Below, piece by piece: positions 1-9,783 of a stretch of 64,000 nt of DNA. The DNA comes from a bacterium (lineage in GTDB: Bacteria; UBA8248), in contig CBDBBI010000010.1 of NCBI GenBank assembly GCA_965202625.1, forward strand, positions 704,001-768,000. Reading direction: 5' to 3'. The position numbers were made by a program, and so were the translations under genes. The notes under the pieces are model-generated. The model was not told where the DNA came from. It worked only from the letters and a program-made list of their open reading frames with translations, and did not search any database. Within the stretch, counting starts at the first letter, position 1; the number at the start of each line of letters is the position of its first letter.

Positions 1-836
1 GAACGCTGGCGACCACCCTGTTCCTGGCGACGAAATTGGCGAAACCCCTCTTTCTTGAGGGGGAAGCCGGTGTCGGCAAAACGGAGCTCGCTAAGGTACT
101 CGCCAGTGCGATGCATACGGAGCTCATCCGTCTCCAATGCTATGAGGGCCTCGACGCGAACTCGGCCCTCTACGAGTGGAACTACGCGAAGCAACTCCTT
201 CACATCAAGATGGAAGAAGCAAAGGATTCGGACGCAAAGTCGATTGAAAAGGACATTTTCAGCGAGCAGTACCTGATAGAGCGCCCACTTCTCCGGGCGC
301 TTTTGCGCTCAAAAGAAAAACCCGTGGTCCTGCTCATTGATGAAATCGACCGTTCAGATGAGGAATTCGAGGCCTTTTTGCTCGAAATCTTGTCCGACTA
401 CCAGATTACGATTCCAGAGATGGGGACCGTCAAAGCGACTTGCAAGCCCCTAGTGGTGCTCACCAGCAACCGGACGCGCGAAATTCACGACGCACTGAAA
501 CGCCGCTGCCTTTATCTCTGGGTGGACTACCCATCCTTCGAGAAAGAGGTGGAGATCATCACGACGAAGGTGCCCGGAATTACCACCCGGCTGGCGGAAC
601 AAATATCGCGATTCATGACCCAAGCGAGACAAATGGACTTTTACAAGCGCCCCGGCGTGGCCGAATCCCTCGACTGGGCCCAAGCGCTCCTCGCTCTACA
701 CAGAAACGAACTGGACGTCGACGCCGTGCGAGAGACCATCGGCTGCATACTCAAATACCAAGACGACATCAAACGCGTCGAAGATGATGGTCTCGACAGC
801 ATGGTGGCGACGGCGCAGTTATCCCCTGACGCCTGA
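1..836 (+). CDS. MoxR-family AAA+ ATPase, CoxD-like (5' end outside window)
   Basis: Walker A GEAGVGKT, RLQCYEGLD, Walker B LLIDEIDR, LTSNRTRE and ALKRRC. The frame is open back to the window start (TLATTLFLATKLAKP). Confidence 0.9.
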   Translation, partial: TLATTLFLATKLAKPLFLEGEAGVGKTELAKVLASAMHTELIRLQCYEGLDANSALYEWNYAKQLLHIKMEEAKDSDAKSIEKDIFSEQYLIERPLLRALLRSKEKPVVLLIDEIDRSDEEFEAFLLEILSDYQITIPEMGTVKATCKPLVVLTSNRTREIHDALKRRCLYLWVDYPSFEKEVEIITTKVPGITTRLAEQISRFMTQARQMDFYKRPGVAESLDWAQALLALHRNELDVDAVRETIGCILKYQDDIKRVEDDGLDSMVATAQLSPDA

Positions 837-848
837 TTTGAGAAATCC

Positions 849-2114
849 GTGGTAGCCGCCATCCGGCCCATCGTGAACGGTACCCTTCCCAAGCGCCGGA
901 TCCGCATAAAGGGGCGCGGTCTGAAGGGTGAAATCATAGGCTTTTGCCGAGTACTCAGACGCACTGGGCTGAAGATAACCTCCGGCCGCATCATCGACGT
1001 GTTTCGCTGTTTCGACTCTCTCGACGTCACCAACCTCGACAACATTTATATTTGCAGTAAAGCCAATCTCATATCCAGCCAGGATGAGAGCGCGATATTC
1101 GACGCGGTGTTTCGTCAATACTGGTTCGATGAGGAGGGAAATCCATATTCAGGTGATGAATCCGTCCAGGTCGACACCCAGTTCGAGGAAGAGGGAGAGG
1201 GACAGGCCGGCGAGGGAGGCGGCACTTCGGAGGAAGGCGAATCGGACGCCGACGGCGAGGGGCAGGAAAACCCAGGCCTTCCATCGGAGGACGACGTGGA
1301 AAGCGCCGCCGAGCCTGGCGAGCAGGGAGACGACGAGGAGGGAGTCCCCTCCTATAGCCCCGCCGAGGTCATCTCGCATAAAGATTTCTCCTCGCTTGAC
1401 ATGGAGCAAGTCGCTGAACTCAGACGCCTCATCGCAAAACTCGTTCCCAAGCTCGCCACTAAAATCAGCCGCCGCAAGCGGCCCGACATGCGCTCCCCTG
1501 AAATTGACATGAGGCGCAGCGTGAAGAGAAGCGTGCGCTCGGGCGGGGAGGTTTTGAAGCTTTTCCGCAGGAGAAGAAAAATACAAAAAACCCAAATTGT
1601 ACTAATCTGCGACGTGTCGGGTTCGATGGACAGCTATAGTCAATTCCTGATTCAATTTCTCTACAGCCTACAAAACGAAATCAAATCGCTGCGCACGTTC
1701 GTATTCAGTACGCGCCTCTCGGACGCCACCCCATATCTACGCCACAAGGATGTCAACACCGCACTGAAGCGTTTGTCCACGGAGGTGCACGATTGGAGCG
1801 GCGGCACCCAGATCGGCAATTGTCTGAAGACTTTTAACTATGAGTACGGCAGAACCATCCTGAACAGCCGCACCATCGTCATCGTTATATCGGACGGCTG
1901 GGATCGGGGTGATACGGACACGCTGGCGAAGGAAATGGATCGGCTCAAAAAAATCTGCTACAGGCTCTTCTGGCTTAACCCCTTGCTGGGAAGTCCCGGA
2001 TACCGGCCAATTGACAGAGGTATGAGAACAGCCCTGCCCTATTGCGATGAATTTCTGGCCGCGCACAACCTTGACAGCTTAGTCGATATGACGAACAAGA
2101 TCGCGCGTATATAG
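849..2114 (+). CDS. vWA domain protein, CoxE-like
   Basis: MIDAS DVSGSM, WSGGTQIG, ISDGWDRG, WLNPL. Has an acidic low-complexity linker and directly follows the CoxD-like ATPase. Confidence 0.88.
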   Translation: MVAAIRPIVNGTLPKRRIRIKGRGLKGEIIGFCRVLRRTGLKITSGRIIDVFRCFDSLDVTNLDNIYICSKANLISSQDESAIFDAVFRQYWFDEEGNPYSGDESVQVDTQFEEEGEGQAGEGGGTSEEGESDADGEGQENPGLPSEDDVESAAEPGEQGDDEEGVPSYSPAEVISHKDFSSLDMEQVAELRRLIAKLVPKLATKISRRKRPDMRSPEIDMRRSVKRSVRSGGEVLKLFRRRRKIQKTQIVLICDVSGSMDSYSQFLIQFLYSLQNEIKSLRTFVFSTRLSDATPYLRHKDVNTALKRLSTEVHDWSGGTQIGNCLKTFNYEYGRTILNSRTIVIVISDGWDRGDTDTLAKEMDRLKKICYRLFWLNPLLGSPGYRPIDRGMRTALPYCDEFLAAHNLDSLVDMTNKIARI

Positions 2115-2197
2115 GCACATGGAATCATCTCTCCTCTTTCCCCCACCCCGTTTGGTTATATAAATACCCTTTTATTCGCCATTTTTGTAAACTGGGA

Positions 2198-2863
2198 ATG
2201 GAATTGGCCGATCTCCTTATCTACACGGCGGACAACGAATTCGCGGACGCCCTTGGACGCGCACTGAGACGAGAGGGCCATTTTTGCAAAATGGTTCAGG
2301 ACGAAACAACGGCGCTTCAAGAGGTTCGCGCTAGAGGTCTCTCCCTTATTTTACTGGATGACGCCCCCGCTCTCCCGAAAGTGGGGGAAATGAAAAATTG
2401 GACCATCTTGCCGATACTCCTACTCATCGAACCCGACCGTCTATTGACCGTCCGGATCCCACCGCAAGCCGAGGACGTTCTCGTAAAACCCGTTCGTGAG
2501 GAGGAACTCTTGTATCGTGTCCGCAATCTCTGCCGTCGCTCCGCCTCCGACGCCGAGGGCGGACGAGCACTGAAAAACAAAGGCTTAACGATCGATGAAA
2601 ATCGCTACGAGATCAGACTCGACGGGGAGCTGATCGATCTAACGTACCGCGAATTTGAGCTTTTGAAGCATTTGATAAACAATCCGGGGCGCGTATTCGA
2701 CAGGGAACAGCTTTTGAACCTCGTCTGGGGAGTTGACTATCTCGGAGGCCCACGGACGGTGGACGTTCACGTTCGCAGAATCCGCTCGAAAATCGAGATC
2801 CGGGGGTATGCGTTCATCTCAACGGTGCGCGGGGTGGGGTATAAATTCATAGGTGAGTCCTGA
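2198..2863 (+). CDS. OmpR-family response regulator, GlnR-like
   Basis: Winged helix DLTYREFELL...VWGVDYLGGPRTVDVHVRRIRSK...TVRGVGY. Receiver domain is degenerate, no adjacent kinase, directly upstream of glnA. Confidence 0.8.
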   Translation: MELADLLIYTADNEFADALGRALRREGHFCKMVQDETTALQEVRARGLSLILLDDAPALPKVGEMKNWTILPILLLIEPDRLLTVRIPPQAEDVLVKPVREEELLYRVRNLCRRSASDAEGGRALKNKGLTIDENRYEIRLDGELIDLTYREFELLKHLINNPGRVFDREQLLNLVWGVDYLGGPRTVDVHVRRIRSKIEIRGYAFISTVRGVGYKFIGES

Positions 2864-2913
2864 TGCGCGAAGCGCCTCTCGCCTCCCCTAGCGGAACGAA
2901 AACCCCATAAAAA

Positions 2914-2949
2914 GAAACCAGCCTGAAACATTCAGCAGATATGCTGAAT
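2914..2949 (+). promoter_or_regulatory. Candidate GlnR-type operator (GAAAC-n6-GAAAC) plus adjacent inverted repeat upstream of glnA
   Basis: GAAAC at 2914-2918 and 2925-2929 (11-bp period). Palindrome ATTCAGCA-GATA-TGCTGAAT at 2930-2949. Confidence 0.45.
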
Positions 2950-2993
2950 CGCTTTGATGATAATGGAAAACATTTGTTCATCTGGAGCACATC

Positions 2994-4340
2994 ATGTCTG
3001 AGGCGTTTGACGATAAAGACCGCGAATTCGTCCTGAACCAAGCGCGCGAACTGGGCGTGCGCTTTATAAGGATGTGGTTCACGGACATTCTGGGTTTCCT
3101 GAAAAGTTTCGCCATCACCATCGAAGAGCTGGAAAACGCGCTCTACGAGGGGCACCTCTTCGATGGCGCCGCCATAGAGGGCTTCGCGCGGATCGAGGAG
3201 AGCGACATGTTTGCCCATCCCGATCCCACAACGTTCTGTGTGCTGCCCTGGCGCCCGCAGGACGGAGGATCCGTCGCTAGGATGTTTTGCGACATCAAGG
3301 ACCCCGACGGAAACCCCTCCGAGAGCGACCCAAGGTTCATACTTAGGCGAACCCTTCAGAACGTGGCGCAAAAAGGATTTACGTTTTATGCAGGCGTGGA
3401 ATATGAGCATTACTATTTCAAATCTCCCGAACCGCCAATCGAAACGCTTGACGAGGGTGGATATTTCGACCTCACACCTCTAGACATCGCGAGCGACCTG
3501 AGACGTGAGACGGTCTTGAACCTCGAGAAAATGGGAATCGGGGTGGAGTACAGTCACCACGAGGTCGGGCCCAGCCAGCACGAAATCGATCTGCGCTACG
3601 GCGACGCCCTCGCCATGGCAGACAACGCAATGACTTATCGACTTGTCGTCAAGGAAGTGGCTATGCGGCATGGCGTTTACGCCACTTTCATGCCGAAGCC
3701 GATAGCCGAATCGAACGGCAATGGAATGCACACCCATCTTTCATTGTTCCGGGGCTCAGCAAATGCGTTTCACGACCCTGAGAAACCCGATGATCTTTCA
3801 GACACATGCTACGCCTTCATCGCTGGCCTTTTGAAATACGTCCCAGAGATGACGCTCGTACTGAACCAATGGGTGAACAGCTACAAGCGTCTCGTTCCCG
3901 GTTTCGAGGCGCCCGTCTATCTCACATGGGCGCATAAAAGCAGAAGCGATTTGATACGCGTTCCCAGCACGCGCAAGGGAAGGAAATCTGATACGCGAAT
4001 CGAGCTGCGATCCCCAGACGCGGCGTGCAATCCCTATCTCGCGTTCGCCTGCATGCTGGCGGCCGGAATAGCGGGAATCGACGAAGGTTTGCCGCCGGTT
4101 CGCGCCGTGGAGGAGAACGTATTCGAGATGAACGAGGAGAAGCGTAAAAACCGAGGTATTGAGAGCCTGCCGGGAAACCTGCATGAAGCCACGATGCTGG
4201 CCGAAAAGAGCACTTTTTTAAGAAACATCTTTGGAAAACAACTTTTTGAAAAATTCATCGAGAACAAAAAAATCGAATGGAGACCCTACCGCGCGCACGT
4301 CTCGGATTTTGAACTAAAGAAATATCTATCTATTCTATGA
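2994..4340 (+). CDS. glnA: Glutamine synthetase type I (alpha-like)
   Basis: FTDILG, FDGAAIEGFARIEESDM, HHEVGPSQHEI, ATFMPKP, NGNGMHTHLSL, NSYKRLVPGFEAP, RIELRSPDAACNPY. Confidence 0.95.
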   Translation: MSEAFDDKDREFVLNQARELGVRFIRMWFTDILGFLKSFAITIEELENALYEGHLFDGAAIEGFARIEESDMFAHPDPTTFCVLPWRPQDGGSVARMFCDIKDPDGNPSESDPRFILRRTLQNVAQKGFTFYAGVEYEHYYFKSPEPPIETLDEGGYFDLTPLDIASDLRRETVLNLEKMGIGVEYSHHEVGPSQHEIDLRYGDALAMADNAMTYRLVVKEVAMRHGVYATFMPKPIAESNGNGMHTHLSLFRGSANAFHDPEKPDDLSDTCYAFIAGLLKYVPEMTLVLNQWVNSYKRLVPGFEAPVYLTWAHKSRSDLIRVPSTRKGRKSDTRIELRSPDAACNPYLAFACMLAAGIAGIDEGLPPVRAVEENVFEMNEEKRKNRGIESLPGNLHEATMLAEKSTFLRNIFGKQLFEKFIENKKIEWRPYRAHVSDFELKKYLSIL

Positions 4341-4381
4341 AACCGCCCTTCAAAACCGGAATTGAGGAGTCCGCTCGTCAT

Positions 4382-4729
4382 CTAACCAGCACAACCCTCC
4401 GCCAGCCACTCAAGATAGGACGCGCGGCCCTGATGGAGGGATACCGACACGACTTCCGGGACGTCATAGCTGTGAGCCTCAGCGATGTGCGCGGATAGCT
4501 CTTGTAGATTGGCTTTCGTGGTCTTCATCACGAGCAGGACTTCTGTGTCATCTTGCACCGCGTCCGCCCAGCGATAGATGCTGCGAACCTTAGGGATCAG
4601 GTTGACGCAAGCGCACAGTTTGTGTCCAACCAGGGATTTCGCAATCCGCGCACCCTCCTCCTCAGAGCCGGCCGTGGCCATCACGATGCAGAACTCTCGC
4701 CCATCTCTCAAGACTTCCTCCTCACGCAT
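4382..4729 (-). CDS. cutA: Divalent-cation tolerance protein CutA
   Basis: LCACVN, SIYRW, EVLLVMKT, HSYDVPEV, YLEW; 115 aa. Confidence 0.9.
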   Translation of the reverse strand: MREEEVLRDGREFCIVMATAGSEEEGARIAKSLVGHKLCACVNLIPKVRSIYRWADAVQDDTEVLLVMKTTKANLQELSAHIAEAHSYDVPEVVSVSLHQGRASYLEWLAEGCAG

Positions 4730-5675
4730 TCAGTAATTTTTCGGCCGCACTATAAGGATCCTCTTCTCGCGCCGCTATCGCATCAAGAAGCTCATCCAGC
4801 TTCTGCGCATCCTCCGCCCAAAATCTCATGCGCTCCACAGCGTGTTCCCTCACCATTTCCAAGAGCATGACGCGAGAGCGCTCTCGCCCCAAACGCTTGG
4901 CCTCATCCGGATTTTCACGCAAATAACACATTCGCGCCTCGACTTGAGCCAGTACGTCGCTCGCGTCCTCTAGCGCTTCTGTCTTCAGCACGGGCGGTCT
5001 CCAGACGTTCGCCGCCTCACTAGGATGGAACTTGAAGTCCAGCATTTCCTCAATCTCTTTCACAGTGCGGTCCGCCCCAGCGCGCTTCGCTTTGTTCACC
5101 ACAAAAATATCCCCGATTTCCATGATCCCCGCCTTCGCCGCCTGGACGTGATCTCCCTCCCCGGGCGTCTGGAGCAAGACGACCACGTTCGCATACTGCA
5201 TGACGTTCACCTCACCCTGACCCACGCCGACGGTTTCAAGGATCACAACGTCCCAACCCATGGCGTCCATGACGCACAGCGCGTCCCCCGTCGCGCGAGC
5301 AAGCCCGCCGAGATGGCCACGGGTGGCCATGCTCCGGATGAAGACTCCCGGGTCCGTGCTGTGCCGTCCCATCCGAATGCGATCTCCCAAAATCGCCCCC
5401 CCTGTAAACGGACTTGTCGGGTCCACCGCAATGACAGACACCCTTTTCTCCTGGGCGCGCAAATGCGCGATCATCTGATCGGAAAGCGTGCTTTTGCCCA
5501 CACCAGGAGGCCCCGTGACCCCGATGATCAGACTTTTTCCGCCTTTGCGATACAACTCTCGCAAAATCGGCCTCGCACTTGGATCGTTCGCTTCTACCAA
5601 TGAGATCAGCCTAGCCGCGGGTCGCAACATCCCCGCCAGAATTTGAGAGATTCGTTCTTTGTTTTTGTCATTCAT
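4722..5675 (-). CDS. meaB: MeaB/ArgK-family GTPase (B12 mutase chaperone)
   Basis: GVTGPPGVGKST, AVDPTSPFTGGAILGDRIRM, FIRSMATRGHLGGL, ETVGVGQ, KAGIMEIGD, VVNK. Confidence 0.9.
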   Translation of the reverse strand: MNDKNKERISQILAGMLRPAARLISLVEANDPSARPILRELYRKGGKSLIIGVTGPPGVGKSTLSDQMIAHLRAQEKRVSVIAVDPTSPFTGGAILGDRIRMGRHSTDPGVFIRSMATRGHLGGLARATGDALCVMDAMGWDVVILETVGVGQGEVNVMQYANVVVLLQTPGEGDHVQAAKAGIMEIGDIFVVNKAKRAGADRTVKEIEEMLDFKFHPSEAANVWRPPVLKTEALEDASDVLAQVEARMCYLRENPDEAKRLGRERSRVMLLEMVREHAVERMRFWAEDAQKLDELLDAIAAREEDPYSAAEKLLNA

Positions 5676-5741
5676 TTCAATTTATTTATCAATAGATTAT
5701 GACAAGTATATTCAAGTTTTCCTTGCACGAAAGAGCGCGCC

Positions 5742-6896
5742 TCAAGAATCAAACAGATAGCGGGAGATGAGGTTGCGATGTATTTCGCTCGCGCCTTCCC
5801 AAAGGGTGAACACCCGGGCATCGCGCCAAAGAAGCCCGGCGGATGTTTCGCCTGCATATCCATATCCGCCATGTATCTGTATGCCCCTATCACATACGCG
5901 CAGACACGCTTCAGACGTGAAAAGTTTCGTCATCGCCACTTCTCTTTTGTTGTTACCTCCCCTATCCCGAATTTTTGCCGCATTTGAGACCATCTCGCGC
6001 GCAGTCACAATTTCAATGGCGCTTTCCGCCATCATCCCGCGCAGGCCGGAAAACTCCGAGATATGTTTGTCAAGCGCTTTCCGCCCCTTCGCGTGGGAGA
6101 TGGCGGAGTCAAGAGACGCCTGCGCTATTCCGACGCACATCGCCCCCAGCACGACCCTTCCGTCATTCAAAACGCGCGTCGCCTGTCGAAGACCGTCTCC
6201 GACGTTTCCAATAAGGCGATTCTCCGGAATTTCGCAATCCTTGAAAAAAACCTCCGCCGTGTTCGAAGAAAGCATCCCGAGATTTTTGGCGAGCGGGACA
6301 CTCTTGCGGCCCTCATCCCCCTGTTCTATCACGAATGCGCTGATCCCGTTTTTCCCCTCTGACGTGCGCGCGAAGATGAGAAGTCTCTCAAAGTGCAGCC
6401 CTTGCGTAACGAACATTTTCGATCCATTGACAACGTAGGCGTTCCCCTGTCGTCTCGCCTCACATTGAATGGCCGTCGCATGACTGCCGGCGTTACGCTC
6501 GGTGATCGCCCATGCGCCCAAGGAGCCCTTCGCGAGAGGAGGGATCCATTTTCCTTGCTGCCCGTCCGTCCCGTAGAAAAGCAAGTGCGCCCCGCACAGG
6601 CCCGCCGACACACTCACCGTGAGAGCGAAGCTCGCATCGGCGCGGGCCAGTTCCTCCATGACAAGACACTCCGAAAATAACCCGAGGCCGCGGCCGCCCA
6701 GGTTCTGGGGTATTTTGACGCCAACAAAACCCCAATTCGCAGCTTCTTTATACAGACCGGAGGAAAATGCCGCGTTTCGATCGCGTTCCAATGCGCCGGG
6801 AGCGAGTCGTGCTCGCGCGAATTCGCGGGTACTCTCTTGGAGGGACACTTCCGCTTCCGTTAATTCCGCGTGGGTCGTGATAGGCAAAGTCGTCAT
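5742..6896 (-). CDS. Acyl-CoA dehydrogenase
   Basis: GAWAITERNAGS, NGSKMFVT, IQIHGGYGY, catalytic WEGASEI. Start overlaps the upstream stop codon. Confidence 0.9.
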   Translation of the reverse strand: MTTLPITTHAELTEAEVSLQESTREFARARLAPGALERDRNAAFSSGLYKEAANWGFVGVKIPQNLGGRGLGLFSECLVMEELARADASFALTVSVSAGLCGAHLLFYGTDGQQGKWIPPLAKGSLGAWAITERNAGSHATAIQCEARRQGNAYVVNGSKMFVTQGLHFERLLIFARTSEGKNGISAFVIEQGDEGRKSVPLAKNLGMLSSNTAEVFFKDCEIPENRLIGNVGDGLRQATRVLNDGRVVLGAMCVGIAQASLDSAISHAKGRKALDKHISEFSGLRGMMAESAIEIVTAREMVSNAAKIRDRGGNNKREVAMTKLFTSEACLRVCDRGIQIHGGYGYAGETSAGLLWRDARVFTLWEGASEIHRNLISRYLFDS

Positions 6897-7882
6897 TCCT
6901 CCTTTACATAGAGTGCCGGAAGAATATCTTCACCCAAGAGCGTCAATCTATGAGGGTGAGCATCCAGGTCGGGAATGGTGACCAGTATGTGGTTCACGCC
7001 CGCCTTCAGATACTCTCTCAGGCGGGCGGCGCAATCATCTGGCGTTCCATGGATCGCTCCTGAATCTGGAACGACACTCAACTTCTCTCGCGCCGCCTTC
7101 GCCTTGGCCCTGTCTTTCTCAGGAATCACCATCAGCATCACGGATGCCCGAACGCCGCGCGGATCCCTGCCGCTTTTTTCACACTCCGCCTCAATCTGAG
7201 GTCTTCTGCCCAAAAATTGCGCGGGCGTCCACCAACGGCAATTATAGCCATCCGCATGGCGCGCGGAAACGCCGAGAATCTTCTCCCCCTCGCCACCCGT
7301 CCAGATCGGCGGGTGCGGCCTCTGGACAGGCGGGGGGCGGCAAATGGCGTTTTGAATTCGAAAGTGCTCCCCTTCAAAGTTCGGAACAGGATCGGTCCAC
7401 ATCGCGCGTATGAGTTGAATGGCTTCTTCGAGCTGCCTTATCCTGACGGAAACCTCCGGATAGGGATATCCGAATGCGTGGTATTCTCTTTCGATCCAAC
7501 CCGCTCCAATCCCGAAGTCCACGCGGCCTTTGCTGATGACGTCGACCGTGGCAGCCATCTTCGCCAGCATCGCCGGCTGACGATACCCTACACAAGAGAC
7601 CAAAGTGCCTAGACGGAGGGTATTGGTGTCCCGCGCGAGGGCGGCGAGGCTCGTCCATGGTTCGAGAATCGCGGTATCGACAGATTGCGCTTTTTCGTCC
7701 TGGCTACCGAATCCAGTTTGGCTTCCATAAGAGGTGGGGTCGAGCGTCACGAAATGATCGCAATGCCAGAGAGAATGGATGCCCACTCTCTCCGCCTCCT
7801 GGGCAATTTCCCTGAGTTTCTCATAGTCGCCGACATACAAGCCCTTAAGCGTCAAGGCGGCGATGATGCCAACTTCCGTCAT
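6893..7882 (-). CDS. LLM-class oxidoreductase, probably F420-dependent type
   Basis: WHCDHF, LEPWTSLAALA, RLGTLV, YRQPAMLAKMAATVDVIS-GR--FGIGAGW, PPIWTGG. Confidence 0.85.
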   Translation of the reverse strand: MTEVGIIAALTLKGLYVGDYEKLREIAQEAERVGIHSLWHCDHFVTLDPTSYGSQTGFGSQDEKAQSVDTAILEPWTSLAALARDTNTLRLGTLVSCVGYRQPAMLAKMAATVDVISKGRVDFGIGAGWIEREYHAFGYPYPEVSVRIRQLEEAIQLIRAMWTDPVPNFEGEHFRIQNAICRPPPVQRPHPPIWTGGEGEKILGVSARHADGYNCRWWTPAQFLGRRPQIEAECEKSGRDPRGVRASVMLMVIPEKDRAKAKAAREKLSVVPDSGAIHGTPDDCAARLREYLKAGVNHILVTIPDLDAHPHRLTLLGEDILPALYVKEE

Positions 7883-8013
7883 ATGCGATGCCCCTATCAA
7901 GCGTGAAAGCGTCGAAAACCCATGTTTCCTACCCTATCAGCAATATGGGAGAGAGACGAACAGCCGTCGAACTCTCCCCTCCATTCGGCGCTTTTTACGG
8001 AAACGACGCTCTC

Positions 8014-8895
8014 CTATTTTCCTAAAACCACCCCAAACGCCCCCAAGACGGATAGAAAACCACCAGCCACGACGCGCCAGCCTACGGCTTCCTGCTTTCT
8101 GAAAAAGAGCCAGGAGAAAAAAATGATGAGTAGCACCGACAGACGGTTCAGAGGGACGAGCTGAACGATGTCCCCCATCTTGATGGACGACCAGAAAAAA
8201 AAGGCGGCCAGGGCATTCAAGCATGCGCCACCCAAAACAGCCAGCAATCCTTTGCGGTCCCAGGCCTTGGGTTTCCTCCCCTCTCCGGAGAAAGGCAAAA
8301 CGACGAGCATGAAACAAAACCCCGTCATGCTGCCAATCGTCATCCCAAGTGGCGCGGATTTTATCGTCATCAGGCCAAATTTTCCGAAAAGGTGCGTCAT
8401 GGCGAACAAAACGGCAGTACCCAAAGGCGCCACGTAGTAATGCAGAGGGATGTACCGTTGAACCTCCCCTTTCTCATAGACGAGAAGAATTGATCCCATC
8501 ATGATGGCCAGCGTACCGATAGCAATGGGCCACGTCATTTGCTCGCCCGCGAAAGCCACCGCGAACAATGACGCCCACACGAGACTGGTTTGGCTTACGA
8601 CGGAGGAACGGGCCAACCCCACCAGTTTCATACCTACAAGGCTCAGATAACGACCGATAAACGAGCCCGAAACGCCCATGGCAACGAACCAAAGGACGCC
8701 CTTGAGTGGCCAACTCTCCACACCACCTTCCAACAAGTAAAAAATAGAGCCGAAGCACATCTGCACGGAGGCCATGACAAGGTTCATCACCACCGGGCTG
8801 AGGCGCGCTACTCCCACCCGGTACAGCGTGCGCGCAGAGGCGATAAAACAAGCGGCGATGAGAACCAGGACATTGGGATGAAGTAAATCAACCAT
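8014..8895 (-). CDS. DMT/EamA-family transporter
   Basis: About 10 hydrophobic helices in two repeats; AFAGEQMT and FFRKQEAV ends; 293 aa. Confidence 0.85.
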   Translation of the reverse strand: MVDLLHPNVLVLIAACFIASARTLYRVGVARLSPVVMNLVMASVQMCFGSIFYLLEGGVESWPLKGVLWFVAMGVSGSFIGRYLSLVGMKLVGLARSSVVSQTSLVWASLFAVAFAGEQMTWPIAIGTLAIMMGSILLVYEKGEVQRYIPLHYYVAPLGTAVLFAMTHLFGKFGLMTIKSAPLGMTIGSMTGFCFMLVVLPFSGEGRKPKAWDRKGLLAVLGGACLNALAAFFFWSSIKMGDIVQLVPLNRLSVLLIIFFSWLFFRKQEAVGWRVVAGGFLSVLGAFGVVLGK

Positions 8896-8898
8896 TGT

Positions 8899-9783
8899 CT
8901 ATTTTCCCATTACGATGACAAAAGCGCCAACAAGCGCGAGACATCCGCCGACGACGACGCGCCATGTCACGTTTTCCTGGTGCCTGAAAAAGAGCCAGGA
9001 GAGAAAGATGATCAGCAAAACGGACAGACGGGTCAGTGGGATGACGCGGGTAATTTCGCCGAGTTTCACCGATGACCAAAAGAAAAAAATTGCGCACCCC
9101 TGCAACATCGCACCCAGAAGAAGAACTAACCAGCCTTTTTTGCCATCAGGCATCCCCGAGGCTCTTTGCTTTTGCGTGAAGGGCAGCATTCCCACCAGGA
9201 GGGTAAGCGAGGTTGTGTTGGCGATCGCCACCCCGAAAGCAGAGGACGGAATCCATTGGAACGCGAATTTGCCCACCAGATGAGCAAACGCGTACAGCAG
9301 CGCGGACGCGACAGGGATCGCATAATAGTGAAGTGGTATCTTGGTGTTGTTTCCTTCCGAATAATAAACGAGCATGCTTGCCCCGCACATCACCGCTGAA
9401 ATTCCAGTCGCTTTCTGAAGCGACATTTCCTCGCCCAATATAAAAACGGCCAGCAGAGACGCCCACACGAGCACGGTTTGACTCATCACCGCCGCGCGCG
9501 CCAGGCCCGTGTAGCGAATAGCGATAAAGTTGACGTATCTGCCTGAGAAACTTCCAAAAAATCCCATCGCCATAAACCACAGAACGCCCTGATAGGGAAT
9601 CTGCTCGAGCGCGCCCTCCAGCCAATAGAAAAACCAGCCCACGATGGACGTCACGCATCCCATGGCCAAATTGGCCGTGTGCATTCTCATGCGCACAATC
9701 GCATAGCGCTGTGAAACGCGCGCGAAGGCGATGAGCACGGCCGAGCAGAGCGCCAAGACGTTAGGATGTATGGAATCAAGCAA
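8899..9783 (-). CDS. DMT/EamA-family transporter (tandem paralog)
   Basis: Same architecture as its neighbour, sharing HPNVL, GVLWF, IPLHYY and RLSVLLIIF-SWLFFR. Confidence 0.85.
   Translation of the reverse strand: MLDSIHPNVLALCSAVLIAFARVSQRYAIVRMRMHTANLAMGCVTSIVGWFFYWLEGALEQIPYQGVLWFMAMGFFGSFSGRYVNFIAIRYTGLARAAVMSQTVLVWASLLAVFILGEEMSLQKATGISAVMCGASMLVYYSEGNNTKIPLHYYAIPVASALLYAFAHLVGKFAFQWIPSSAFGVAIANTTSLTLLVGMLPFTQKQRASGMPDGKKGWLVLLLGAMLQGCAIFFFWSSVKLGEITRVIPLTRLSVLLIIFLSWLFFRHQENVTWRVVVGGCLALVGAFVIVMGK

Noticed and set aside
834-849. TGA of the CoxD-like gene is in frame with the CoxE-like gene 12 nt later (possible read-through)
   Set aside because: The ATPase is complete at that point, the TGA is not at a Cys-type motif, and I see no SECIS-like stem. 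In-frame neighbours occur by chance one time in three.
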